DNA of 64,000 nucleotides from Xylographa opegraphella (Eukaryota): NCBI GenBank assembly GCA_022813865.1, contig JALDZX010000001.1, positions 682,001 to 746,000 of the forward strand, read 5' to 3'. Shown piece by piece: positions 51,872 to 64,000 of this stretch (position 1 is its first letter; each line of letters starts with the position of its first letter). The notes under the pieces were generated by a model. It saw only the letters and a program-made list of their open reading frames with translations, ran no database searches and was not told where the DNA came from. The position numbers and the translations under genes were made by a program.

Positions 51872-52280
51872 ATCTAGCATAGCAAGGCGTTGAAGGTGGA
51901 TCTGTTCAAAACGATCTTGGTTCGATTGTCTTGATCACAAGACACTCTTCGTCTCTGTGGATCGCTCTAGTATGCAGAGCTTGGGGTCTCTACCCTTAGA
52001 GGAAGCGCGTATTGAAGCCAGCTTATCCCTTTACATAACTAGGTATCTTACCGATGCCCGAAAACAGTATAAGTCTGCTGCCTTCCTTAGCGCCACCCTG
52101 AAGATGGTGGTTTACACCACTTGATACTACCATCAAGGTCGTAATATCCGTAAGGTCGCTCTCGCAAAGTGGAATTTAAGGTGAGTACTTTGGAGGCTTG
52201 TCCACAGCTGCAGAATACACAAGACCGACATGACCGAATAAACACAGTCCTGTCCGATGTCGACATGACATCCGAGCGAT

Positions 52281-52942
52281 TCATTCCGTGAAATTCCTCA
52301 GCTTCGAGATCTCATCCAAGAGCTCCTGTAAATCGATATCGCTGATCTTATTCGCCAGACTCGGAATCAGCGTCTTCGCCTCCTCCGAAGTCTCGCAGCA
52401 CAGGCTACCTCCATCGTCCGGAAATGTCAGTCTCAAGATCATGTCTCGTGTGCGAGTTCAGATCTTGTGCATACCGAGTTGCGACCTCTCGAACAACTCC
52501 AGCTCATCGTGCCCAACTAGCATACGCTCCACGGCCTCGATGTTTTCCTTTTGCTTGAACCGTGCAAAGACATCAAGGTAGTCTAGTGTTTTGACGAGTG
52601 TCCTGGGAAAACGAGATAGTCAGCTGAAGCCCTTTTGATATTCTGCTGAAATCGTCGCTGTCCATAGAGCACCTAGCCCTTAAAGTTATCCCCGAACCTT
52701 TCACCGCTTGAAATCTTGAATGGTCCAAAGATATCCAAGAGGTCGGACAATATTACTCACTCAGTCTCTTCAACCTTCCTCTGCTGCTTCCGTCGGTCCA
52801 TCACCGCGTTGATCAGTACGCGCGCTTCTGATAGTGTGAGCGTGGGGACATTTTGGAACTCCCCGAGCTTTAAGTCGGAGGTAGCTTCTTCGTCGCCGGT
52901 AGGTTGTTCGCGTGAGCGAGACGTAGGCGCTGCAGCGGCCAT
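52281..52942 (-). CDS. RPB4: RNA polymerase II subunit Rpb4
   Basis: LKLGEFQNVPTLTLSEAR, LDYLDVFARF, FERSQLGSLCC, EEAKTLIPSL. Exons 52942-52761, 52602-52475, 52408-52281. Confidence 0.94.
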
Positions 52943-53363
52943 GCCCGCTTATCTAATGTATCGCGGCCAATATCGTGAAGTTGGCGCTGAGCTGACGGTC
53001 AAATCGAGATCGGTATGAAGACGTAGGTCAACAGCCAGCCTTTCAACGCGAGGGAGACAGCCGATTTTGTATTGATGCGTAGGTCGTTATGGGCGGGACT
53101 ATTGACACTTGCGACTCAGATTACGGAATAACCTGAGTCTCCTCAAAAGTGTTATATTCGAGCCAGAAGCTTGTAGGGTTGATTTTCTTGAAGCACGGCA
53201 AGTCCCGAGCGGAACCCTCCACAACAGCAGTTCAATACTTCCATACGTAACTAATTCCAAACAGAGCACAGTAGCATAAATGGACCCAAGCAAGACATGA
53301 TCCCGAAAGAATGAGGCCGGCCTCTCTGTTTCGCCCTGTCCACTCCGTCCGGCCTGTACAAAC

Positions 53364-53854
53364 ATGTACCAACCCCAGCTCCACCCTCGAACCTCCTCCG
53401 CTAACCCTCCACCAGGGTCGTCTACTCCCTCATCATCATCAACAAGGCCGGCGGCCTCGTCTACCAGCGCGACTTCCACGACGGGCTGAACAAGCTCTCC
53501 ATCAACGACTACCTCGTCCTCGCGGGCACCTTCCACGGCGTGCACGCCATCACGCGCTCGCTCACACCCTCCGCCCTGGTCACTTCCACCACGCCGCCGA
53601 TCCCGCGTTCCGCTCTCACCGGTATTGAGGTCCTCGAGTCGGCGCTCTTCCGCCTGACGTGCTTCCAGACGGTGTCAGGGACGAAGTTTTTGCTATTCAC
53701 GGAGCCGCAGCAGCCGAATGTGGATGTGATTATGCGGCGGATCTATGAGCTGTACGCGGATTATGTTATGAAGAATCCGTTCTATCAGTTGGAGATGCCG
53801 GTACGGTGTGAAGCATTCGATAGGCACTTGATGGGATATGTGAGGGCGAGATGA
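53364..53854 (+). CDS. TRS23: TRAPP complex subunit Trs23 (sybindin/TRAPPC4)
   Basis: VVYSLIIINKAGGLVYQ, NDYLVLAGTFHG, FQTVSGTKF, YADYVMKNPFY. Intron 53366-53415. Confidence 0.92.
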
Positions 53855-54236
53855 GTGGGTAGAGTGACGTTATGGGTATGGACGTCGTGAATTGTGAGAC
53901 TGTTCCGATGATGATTAAGAGACGGGATTGACAATAATACTCAATGATAATCTCGAATGAAGATAACCGAAGCCAACAACATCACACTGAAGCATGTATG
54001 TGGCTTAGTGATACTTTTTGTTCCTGTCTATCTATTCTAGATCAAGCTCCGGAAACCTTCTACTCAATCAAAGAGCATACCCAAGCAACCACATATACTA
54101 GCACACTAAAAGGAAGTATGTATGTAGGGGAACGATTCTTGACCACAGTTAAGAAGTCTTCAACTTGCCAACCAGATGCTTAAGAGGCCTTGTGAGGCTC
54201 AGACGGAAGTCAGCAGAAGTATTAGGCTGGGCTTGG

Positions 54237-57189
54237 TCAGTAATTGAGCTCTCCACCACCAGCTCCGGTCACAGCATCCAGGTCCTCGTAACTCTTCAGG
54301 CTTCGTCCTTGAACGGCTTCTCTTGGCCCTACCGTCTGTGCACCTGCTCCATCGCCCCACTTGCCACCTCCACCACCCATGCGTCCGCCTATCTGCATTG
54401 CGCCCATGCCATTGAAAGCGCCTCTCTGAGGACTTAGCCGGCCGTTGTTATTACCGTACCTAGGCTGACGACGGTCATAGGGTCCAGAGCGATTACTCTG
54501 AAAACGTCCTGCCCCTCTACGCATAGGACCTGGTTGGTGCATACCATCGCCTTCCATCATTATTGGAGGGCCACCGCCAGCCCATCCACCTGGGATTTGG
54601 ACGGCGTGGTTGCCAAATGACGGGAAGCTAGGGAATCCAACTGGTGGAATAAATCCTGGAGGGAAATTACCCATCATAGGCATGCTTGCTAGATTGAATC
54701 CACGCGGAGTACCAGCCGGCATGTTATGAGTGTTGATCGGGAAGTGTCCGTTACTATTTGCATCTGACCGAGATGGTGCAATATGAGAAGGGTCAAGAAC
54801 ATATGTATTGACCAGATTCAACTATACCGGTCAGCAAGAGGGCTTCCTGATGAGATGGGGACGGATCCGACACTCACATCTTGCTTGATGCCTTGGAACC
54901 ACTCCGGATGACGCTTCTCGACATGTTTCCTCCAGAAGACTTCCCCTTTGAAGAGCTTCGTGCACTCCGGTACTTTGCATCGAAACTTGGACTCGTCTTC
55001 TTGCTTTACATACTTCTTCAGCTCCTCGTCTAGACCCTCCTCGATAGGTGTGCCTCCGAGCTTCTTCACGTCGACATTCTCAGGTTCTAGGATTTGTAGA
55101 AGTTTCTCCTCGTACGTTTTGACCCAATTGAAGGCTCGCTGCAATTGCATATCGTTTTTTGAGCCGTTACGGTTGTGGAACTTTTTCTCGTCTGTAGGGG
55201 AGCCGTCCTGCATGTCATCCGAATTAGACTCTCGACGCTTCAGGGGAAATGGTTGACCGAAAGCGCTGGCTCGTGCAGCAGTCTTAGCAGCAGTACTGAG
55301 GCTGGCTCTCGGCCGACGTAGATGACCACCGGCACACTTTCTAATAAGTTCATGGACTGAATCGGTTTCGAAAACGCAGAAGAAGCAGAAGTTGTAGACG
55401 CGGCGCAGATATTCCACAAGAAGATCTAGGTTCTTTTTCTTAATTAGTAGCTCTTCGTCGTCTGTTTCCTCGTCGTAAGCCCCCTCTTCCTCTTCCTCCC
55501 CATCCTCCCCATCCTCTAGGTCTCTATCCTCGTCAACGTCTTCCATATCCCCATCATCCATACCCAGTACCTGCTGTGATTTCTTGGACTTCTTGATACT
55601 GCTATTGCCGTTTGTTAGAGGCCGCAACGCGTCACGCAGACGGAGGTCCTCAACACGTTGTGCAACATTGCCTACACCATTAGCATCGTCGCCAAGCTCT
55701 TGGTCGAATTTGGACACAAGACGCTTGGCAATCTTTAGGTCTCTATCAATGCGTTCAGGCGCCGAGAACAGATCCCATAATGCTTTTTTCCTGGGCTCCT
55801 TTGGAGATACATGGACGCCAACGTGGCAAGTAAAGTCACCTCGAGTCTCGTCATAGATTGTCTTGCCATTGATAGCATCCAGTGCCTTTTCCGCAGGAGT
55901 AAGCAAATTTCCTTTGGCCGCGGGTTGTGCATCATCGTGTCCTTCATCTTCCTCGTCACGACCATCGCCACGCTCAGCAATCATATCGACGTCTGCACCT
56001 GGATGGAGCATAATCCAGCCAATACGATGACATTTTTTAAGTGGGTTTGGATCACTCAAGCTTAGCCATTTGAACCCACCATCTTGCTCGCCAAGGTGCT
56101 CTTTACAAAATGCCTCGATCTTTTCACGACTGACCATTGGAGCAAGTGTTTTGATGAGTAAAGCTGGTTGTTGTGCTGATTCATCCCGGATGTCGCCACC
56201 CTTACTGGGGACAAGATCTCCCACTCCAAGGACTTCAGCAGCGGCGACAGTTTCGCCTTCTTCTCTCTCGACAACACCACCAGCACCGTTACTCTCGGTT
56301 TTGTAGATCCCTTCCAAAGTGAAATCATCAAAAGTGCCAGACTCAAGGTCACGGTCCCATTGGGCAAGCGCTATACGGCGGAATTCCGTAAGCCGGTGGC
56401 GGAATGGATCTCGAACCTCTGGTACATAGCGTTCTTTAAACCATTCTTCACTCTTATGCTGCTGAACGAAGGCCTTGGCCATCTTAACTTGAAGCTCTTC
56501 TTTGTAACCATCATAAGCTGCTTGAATTTGTGCTCTCTCCTTATCTCGCTCTTCTCTGGAGTCGCCCTTGGACGCCCAATCGGTAGGCCTCCTTCCGCCA
56601 TTCTTCGCACGCTCCTTGTCTTCTTTGATCTGCTGTTCTACGCGCCACCATTCTGCAAACCAATTGAATCCAACCTGGAAATCGAGGGTGAGAGGGTTTG
56701 GCAATGGATTTACACGGATCTGAGGAACTCCAGAGTCTTGTCCGGGAATATATCGATCGATATTGGCTGGATTTGCAGGAGGTGTTGGCACTCGTCGACG
56801 GTCTTCGCGGTCACGCGAGTGGCCATAGAAATCATCCCTTAACGGACGATCTCCAGGCTGGTAGCGGTCGATGGCCACCGGAGAACGAGAACGAGCACGA
56901 GATCCACGATAGCCACCTCTACGGTCATGAGGACCTAGAAAATAATTTAGATAAGCAATTGACGCTTTTGCACGTGAGATCAATGGACAATTGGCTCCAT
57001 CTGACAATTTAGATAGACCATTAAGTTGAGAGTTCGACCCGTCAAGTTTATAGAGACGAGAGAAATGAGAGGAGTAAATCTAGGAATGATCTTACCAGGC
57101 GAACGGCGGCGGAAATTATCGCCCTCTGGGGGTGCCCATCTGGGTTCAGCTTTGACCGAAGGTGAACGGTATACTTCGTAGCTATCCAT
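54237..57189 (-). CDS. Ars2/SERRATE RNA effector protein
   Basis: HKSEEWFKERY, YLRRVYNFCFFC, C2H2 finger FRCKVPECTKLFKGEVFWRKHVEKRH, C-terminal YEDLDA. Three exons. Confidence 0.9.
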
Positions 57190-58330
57190 GATAACCAGTC
57201 GGGACGGGAAAGAAGGCTGCAGGAGCCAAGTGCAGGGTAAGTGATCGATGTCCCTGTGTGAACGACTCCCGATGAATGTAGTTGCTCAACAATGATCGGG
57301 GACAGGTAAGATCGTGGTGGATCGCAGGCAAGGCGAACAAGGATGGCGGAGGAGCGCCCTCAGGTACTTGTCGGAGACTGTGCCTCGCCATAGTCTCGCG
57401 TTAGAAGTAGATACTGAATAAGTAGACAATAATATAGAACGGAGATAGAAGATTTGAAAGGTGGAGAGAAAGGTCTGGGCTGGGCCTGCGTTCGCAGAAG
57501 CGATAATGGTGATGGGGGACAACAAGCTGTCAAGGTTCAGGTCGTGACAAAAGACTCACGTTTCTAATGCCCTCTGCTGCTACCACTTGTGCAACGTGGT
57601 AGAAGATGGGATGTTGATGCAGCTGCGGTCGGGGCCACGATTGGAGGTGAGGCTGGAGCCACGGATGAAATTGCTGCTAACCACGATGAGCGTAGTTCAA
57701 ACCACCAGCTTCTCGTCTCATGGTGGGAGTGTTCCGGATGGCCCGCTCGAGACTCTTTCGACGGCGTATGGATGGAAACACTGGACGTACCTTTCTGAGT
57801 ACCGGTCTTGTCTATAGCTTAAGTCGCAGAAACATTTAGGAGTGGCGGACAAAGCATGTACGTTCTATCGTCTCTCGTAATCTACAGGTCGTTCAAGTTC
57901 ATTGTATTAAGGATGCATGTATCGAGGAAGAATGGAGCTTGATGGGATTTGTTCCCATTGTGTATGCACTTCCATGGCTACTTTCTCCTTCACAGCGCCG
58001 GTGAATAGCAAAGACCTCGGTTTGCTTCTTGATGTCGCCGTGCCTGGGTCGTGAATGGTGCCGGCCCTTGTTTGCATGGTCTTTCCCCACTCGCATTTGA
58101 GGACATGGCCCGCCTATTGTTGCGACACTCCAGCATGATTGCTATTGTGTGAATTACATGCTCGAAGAACTGTTTTGACGCTCATTATGCGAGCGTGGGC
58201 ACAGCTTGCCGCATCGTCTGCCAACGATTGCACTGTGCTCAGCGTACATGTGCATTACATTTTTTTCCTCTGCCCGATAATAGCATCTACTGACTTGTTG
58301 TACTGTGTGTATAGCACCACGCTCACCATA

Positions 58331-59055
58331 ATGACTTCTTATATTCCTTCAATCACCCTACCCGCCCAGGTGTTTGCCCAACCTGCAGCATCTATCCTTC
58401 TCCCAATTGCCCTCGGGACAAGTATCGGCTTTGCAATCCGTCGTAAGTATACCTTGATCTAGGACTGGGCCTGATAAGCACATATTGAACATTGCTAGCC
58501 GTCGATACCCAACGCACCTATCTTGCCCTGAAGCAGCCACCCTACCGTCCGCCACCATATGTCTTTGGCCCTGCGTGGACTGTGCTCTATGGTCTGATGG
58601 GCTTCTCCGCCTATCGGGCATGGACGACCGGAATGGCATCTTTCAACCCCGAAACCCGCGAGCTGACCAAGCAAGGCGCAGCCCTTTACACCATCCAGCT
58701 AGCCCTCAACCTCTTGTGGATGCCCCTCTTCTTCGGACTCAAGCGTCCTATTGAAGCCACAGTTGATATCGTGGCCCTAACTGGGGTGACTGGCTACCTA
58801 ACCTACATATGGGGCCAGGTGGACGTGATCGCAGGGTGGGCGCTGGTTCCATATATGGGTTGGTTGAGTTTCGCAACGTACCTTACCGTAAGCTCGAAGA
58901 TAGTCTAAGCCGATTGAAGTGTTGCTGACTGGTGGTAGATCGGTGTTGGCTATCTAAACGATTGGAATCTGGCTGATAAAGAGCGGGAGAAACCTCCCGG
59001 CCAAAAGTCGACCACAAAGTACGTTGACGAAGGGTCTGGAAAGAAGGCGCTTTAG
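58331..59055 (+). CDS. TspO/MBR translocator protein
   Basis: LKQPPYRPPPYVFGPAWTVLY, QLALNLLWMPLFFG, PYMGWLSFATYL. Introns 58443-58498 and 58888-58939. Confidence 0.93.
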
Positions 59056-59475
59056 TTTCCGAAATATTGACATCTTTAAGCGATCGAGGGACGTGGTGTT
59101 GCTCAATATTGATAGCGAACTTTGGTATTGTGATTTGAGATTCCCTCAATTTCTCCTGTCGATCTTTTGATCTGATCACAATGATTCATTACATTTTATG
59201 AACGACATGGATATCTCGAACCAAAAAGCACCCCCGTTTCCATGGAACTCCGATTATATACGCCTTGAAAGGCCTGATACAGCAAGATATCCGAGATCCA
59301 GGGCTCTGCGCAAGCCTTAAGCATCTCCCATATTTTCGTGATCATACATATAACCGGGATATCTTGAACAAAGCAGCAACACCATAGCACCACGCAATAG
59401 CCACTATACCGACTATCGCCGACTGACAATGCTAGCTTGAAACACTATCAAGCAAAATCTGCAATATTACAGTTC

Positions 59476-62400
59476 CTACATCGCCACATTTCCTGGAGGC
59501 GTATTAACTCCCATAAAGAGACCTGCAATATTACTGTATCCATTCGTTTGTGGTTGCTGTCGCTGCTGCTCCTGCTGTTCTTGACCGTCGCTGTTCGGCA
59601 TTGGAATGTCCATATTCGTAGGCCACGTGTCGTTAGCAGGATCCAGAGGGTTATTTTGGATATACGAATCCCAGGCTTCCTGTTAGGTAAATATAGTCAG
59701 CACTTCGGCGGAGAAGACATGACATGTGTCAGTGACATGTGCGTGCTCGTTCTCACAGTCGGAAACGAATGAAAGCAAGAAAAGTGACTTACCCAGTCAA
59801 GGTTTGTAGGGGGCATGTCAAGAGATCCATTCCCATTCGTCAGGAAAGAGAAAGGACTAGGTGCGGAAGGGGGCCCGTTCAGAGCTTGATCCATTGTGAA
59901 AGGCGATAAAGCGCGAGGCTGCATGTCTACCTGCTGATTACTCCCCCCAGGAGTCAGAGGATAATTTGCATTGAAACCCTGTCCTTGATTTGGAGTAAGC
60001 CCTCCACTGGACAGCATGCCTAAAGTCAGTGCCGCAGAATGCTCGGGCTTCTCATCGTCGGGTGGTGTAAATTGTGTAATACCATTATGAACTTGGAAAG
60101 GATTCTGCGTCTTGAGATTAGTGGCTTGCGAGTGCATTTGCTGGAGCTTCAGCAGCATGACCCCAAGGATTTCTCCAGCTTTGAAGGCCTCCATTGACTG
60201 ATTTCGTAACTCAAGCCAAATTTCTCTTGACACCTCAAGTGCACGAATCATCTCTGCACGCCTTTCTAGGCCCCATACTTGGAAGTCACCCGAACATTGA
60301 CCAATTATCTCAGCTTCCGCAGTATACCATAAATCCAAGCAAACGAGAGTCGCGGCAAGCAAGAAGTCATGAGCAGTAAGGGAATTGATGTACCATTTCA
60401 TACTGTGAAGTCGTCGCCCCGGTCGCGATTCGTAATGCAATGTAGCCTGGTGGTTAAGTAGCTGCATCGACGAATCGACGCAGGTGCGGCGAGAGTGAGC
60501 GTAACGAGGGTTGTCCCGTGCTCGGGAGAGGAATCTTCTATGGAGTACACATTGACCTTTGTTGTATAATATAGACAGGTTGAATCGCATCATGAGTGTA
60601 GCAATAGGGTCGAGCAAAGAATCCTCGAGACATTCGAGCCGTAAATGCGGGGGTATGTTCGCGTATGCCTCTCTGTAGTCATGGTCCAACTTCATTATGT
60701 CTTCGTAGGAGGATGAACGAATTGCATGGAGACCTTCAACAATCTTTCCAAACGTGAAAGCAAGTTGCGCCTTAGCTATCATATAAGATACTGGAGTGGG
60801 TGTCGTCATCGGCCTCGACGGAGGCAAAACCTTGGTGTCTTCGTCGAACTCGTCATCGAATATATTTCGTGGTAGTCCAGTATCACAATCTCCAAGCCGG
60901 ATCATGCTAGGCAGACCAAGCTGGAATGAAAACAATAGATCTGATTGCCGGACGAAAGTCCATACACGCCTTCGCATCTCACCTTCGAACGGTGTTAAAT
61001 TGGGATAATACTTCGGATCCTGAAATAATGGTCAGCCGCTGCAGGGAAAGGTCGGAGTTTTTCGGTTGCTTACTCTATGAAAGCCCATCCGCATAGCTAA
61101 TCGAACTATCATACCAACCTAGTAGAAGAGAGTGAGCAGGCATTTCTGCGCGCGAGCAGGGATGATAGGACTTACTAACACCCAAACTCCCACTTCAGCT
61201 TCTCTACTTCTAGCAAATTCTCCGTGAAGATGTAGCACCATTGTTTCCAGGATGTAGGTAACAGGCTTCGTATAGTCGGCCAATAATAGGCACTGCGCCG
61301 TCAGTGCTCTGTAGTTTGACGCCAAGCTCAAAGTTCGTCCTTTGTACTCGTAAGGCTCGTCCTCTGCTCGATGGTACGAATACATTGCAAGACAACAAAT
61401 AGCGTAGAGTTGTCCCAGCCATACCGGATCGGTTTTCGATGGATCTTGCCAATGCTTCTCATACTACTCAATTATCAGCGAGTGGCTAAGCGAGAAGAAA
61501 AGCATCAATCTCATATTGCGTAATAGAGCAGGATAGTCTTCGCAGATGTACATACTGTTCTCCTCCACGAAGCAGGGTGCAGTATGTCTACAAGATAATA
61601 AGTTATAATATCGCTTATCAAGGTGGCTAGTGACTCACGGATGGCCGGATCATAATCATTGAAGTAGCGGGCTACCATCTTGTCGACGGCGTCCCTTCCC
61701 GGTAGAGATGTCAATAATTCTGGTAGCTGTGGCACTGATCTTCCGCCAAATAGGAATGCGGGTCCGTTGTATACTCCGGCGGGATACTTTGAAGCATTTA
61801 CTTTGACTGCCTGATCTTCGTATTGTTTCTTGTGTTCTGTGAAGTAATTCCTGACTTCCGAGATCTTGTTGGTGTTAGAGATAGGATTGCATGGTGCGGT
61901 AAGACACGACTTACATCGTTGAGGATAGATGCCCAATGAGCCTCACCAACATACATCGACTTGTTACTATGCACATGAAGTACACCTAATGACTGAGCGA
62001 CACGATCAGTATCACTCTCGCCTTCCTCGTCCCCGTCTTCATCTTTGACCATCTCGTCCGCATTGTTGTCAAACTGCGGTGAGAACCCTTTTGAGCCAGA
62101 GCTAGTACTTGAAGAGAGAGCTCGAGCAGCAGCAGCAGGTCCGGCAGACTGCGCGCCGTTTGTCATCAGCGACAATACCAAGCCCTCCAGTCGGTCTATT
62201 CGATTCTGCATGTCATCTGGGGTCGTCGGGGCTGAGCTGCTTGAATTCGTCTTTCTTCTGTTTCCTTGTGCGGCGTAAGAACATGTTGTTGCCTCCCCTC
62301 TCTTCACACAATTCTCACAAGGAGAAGATCTGTTGCATTTCAATCTAGAACCAGCTATTAGCATATGGTCGGATATGTACGCCTACCGAGTCAAAATATG

Positions 62401-62564
62401 TAAAGAAGGCGAAGAACTGTGGGATAATAGACGTACTTTCTGTTACGACAGGGAGCACAAGACAGCGGCACACGATTTCTTTTCCGGACCACGCGATAGT
62501 CCTCATTGCTTGGCTGATTGTTCTCGGTGCTTGAGGGTGTAGCGGAGGGTGGAGTAGGTGCCAT
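59476..62564 (-). CDS. Zn(II)2Cys6 fungal transcription factor with middle homology region
   Basis: SCAPCRNRK-LKCNRSSPCENCVKRGEATTC, VRLAMRMGFHRDP, GEMRRRVW. Multi-exon. Confidence 0.92.
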
Positions 62565-63276
62565 CTCGGAGGTGTGGTGCGCCAGACTAGACACTCGACA
62601 GGATGAACTTGACTAAGAGGAGAGCCTCCGGGCACGCTTGGTGAAGAGTTACCCAATTTGAGCTGGTTACTTGGTTATGATATTCGTAAACGGTAGCCTG
62701 CGGCTTTTAGCGGTGACTTCTCGAACAACAGAATCGACAGGGAATAGACCGTAGACATACCAGTAGAGTGTTCTCTTACAGGAAGGTCTTCAATATCAAC
62801 ATACACAAGCCGATTTCGTGGACAAAATCAAACATACCCTGCAAGATAAGTATTGCGCTGCGATCCAGCACTCACGGGCATATCACACTTTACGACGAAT
62901 CTAGGTACCTAATCTAGAACATCCCGCACCGCATGTGTCAGCAACTTGATCCCCTACAACCAAGACTTGAATCTCGATACAGATCATGGGTGACCTTGAC
63001 TACATTCATTTTGAGTTCAGAAATATGCTTTGTATTGCTCTAAGTACAACCAGGACGGTGACCACAGCCAGCTATCCGACTCAGAAGACCATGAGGACTT
63101 CCTGGTACCGACATCGTTGTAAGTTTGCTTCAAGCAACGACCAGTACATTTAGCAGGGTACACATTAGCCACTTCAAGACGAAACTCTTATCGAACTAAT
63201 TTACATCTGGTGGATTTGTTAGCCATGTTCTCTCCAGCATATAACCACACATAATCCCGCGTACTTTTGTTTCACG

Positions 63277-64000
63277 CTATGTGAAGCTCTTCGTAAAAGA
63301 GACAACAACATCCTTCAGTTTTGCTTCTAGATCTTTGCTTAAAGCACCCTCTTTGTCAATGGTCGCTAGCAGGTCACTCTCGTTGCTTCTCAAGTGGGCA
63401 AGGAAGTCCGATTCCCATTGCAGGACTTTGGCAACAGGCACGGAGTCCAAGTGTCCATTTACTCCAGCGTAGATCAAAGGAACCATTTCGTTAACAGCCA
63501 TAGGCGAGTATTGCTTTTGCTTCAACAACTCTGTTAGACGCTCACCGCGGTTGAGCGTTTGCTTAGTCGACGCGTCAAGATCGGAGCCGAATTGAGCGAA
63601 AGCAGCGACCTCGCGGTATTGAGCCAAGAACAATTTGAGTGAACCGGCGACTTGTTTCATCGCCTTGAGCTGAGCGGCAGATCCAACACGTGACACAGAA
63701 AGACCGACGTTGATAGCGGGTCGTACGCCCTTGTAGAAGAGTTCAGCTTCCAGAAAGATTTGGCCGTCGGTAATGGAGATAACGTTGGTTGGAATGTAGG
63801 CCGACACATCACCGCCTTGTGTCTCAATAATTGGTAGAGCTGTAAGAGAGCCTCCTCCGTTCTTGTCGTTCATCTTCGCAGCACGTTCTAGAAGACGAGA
63901 ATGAAGGTAGAACACACTAGAAGCAATTAGCCACGAGGTACATGAAGACTTGAACCCAAATCATACTCTCCAGGATACGCCTCACGCCCGGGAGGACGAC
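63277..64000 (-). CDS. ATP1: Mitochondrial ATP synthase F1 alpha subunit (3' part only)
   Basis: [58 protein letters not shown]. Continues beyond the window. Confidence 0.97.

Noticed and set aside
1..64000. Transposons, RIP-degraded repeats or a secondary-metabolite cluster
   Set aside because: I recognised no transposase, RT or integrase motifs, terminal repeats, long AT-rich blocks, or PKS/NRPS/terpene synthase genes.

Overview
Intron-rich nuclear DNA from a filamentous ascomycete (Pezizomycotina-type GT-AG introns with CTAAC/CTGAC branch sites). It holds 24 protein-coding genes, one intron-containing tRNA-Gln(CUG), several microsatellites and two assembly gaps. Most genes are conserved housekeeping loci: AlkB-like dioxygenase, HapB, eIF3d, Rim15, NAD(P)HX dehydratase, PX-domain protein, Trm5, dipeptidyl aminopeptidase B, Rpb7, Mpo1-like, borealin-like, Rpn10, Rpb4, Trs23, Ars2, TspO, a Zn2Cys6 factor and Atp1. 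The standout is an accessory-looking head-to-head pair at 1.5-6.9 kb. One gene is a divergent ChsD-type chitin synthase fused in one reading frame to a probably degenerate protein-kinase domain. Its partner, 345 bp away, is a HeLo-like/Cys-His/ankyrin protein with no NACHT domain. Together they are a candidate cell-wall-linked non-self-recognition or defence module; that function is inference. Smaller observations are GC-rich islands with C-to-G skew flips, uORFs on Rim15, a triplicated intron branch site, a start codon split by an intron, and linked Rpb4/Rpb7. All family assignments come from motif recognition by eye; no searches were run.
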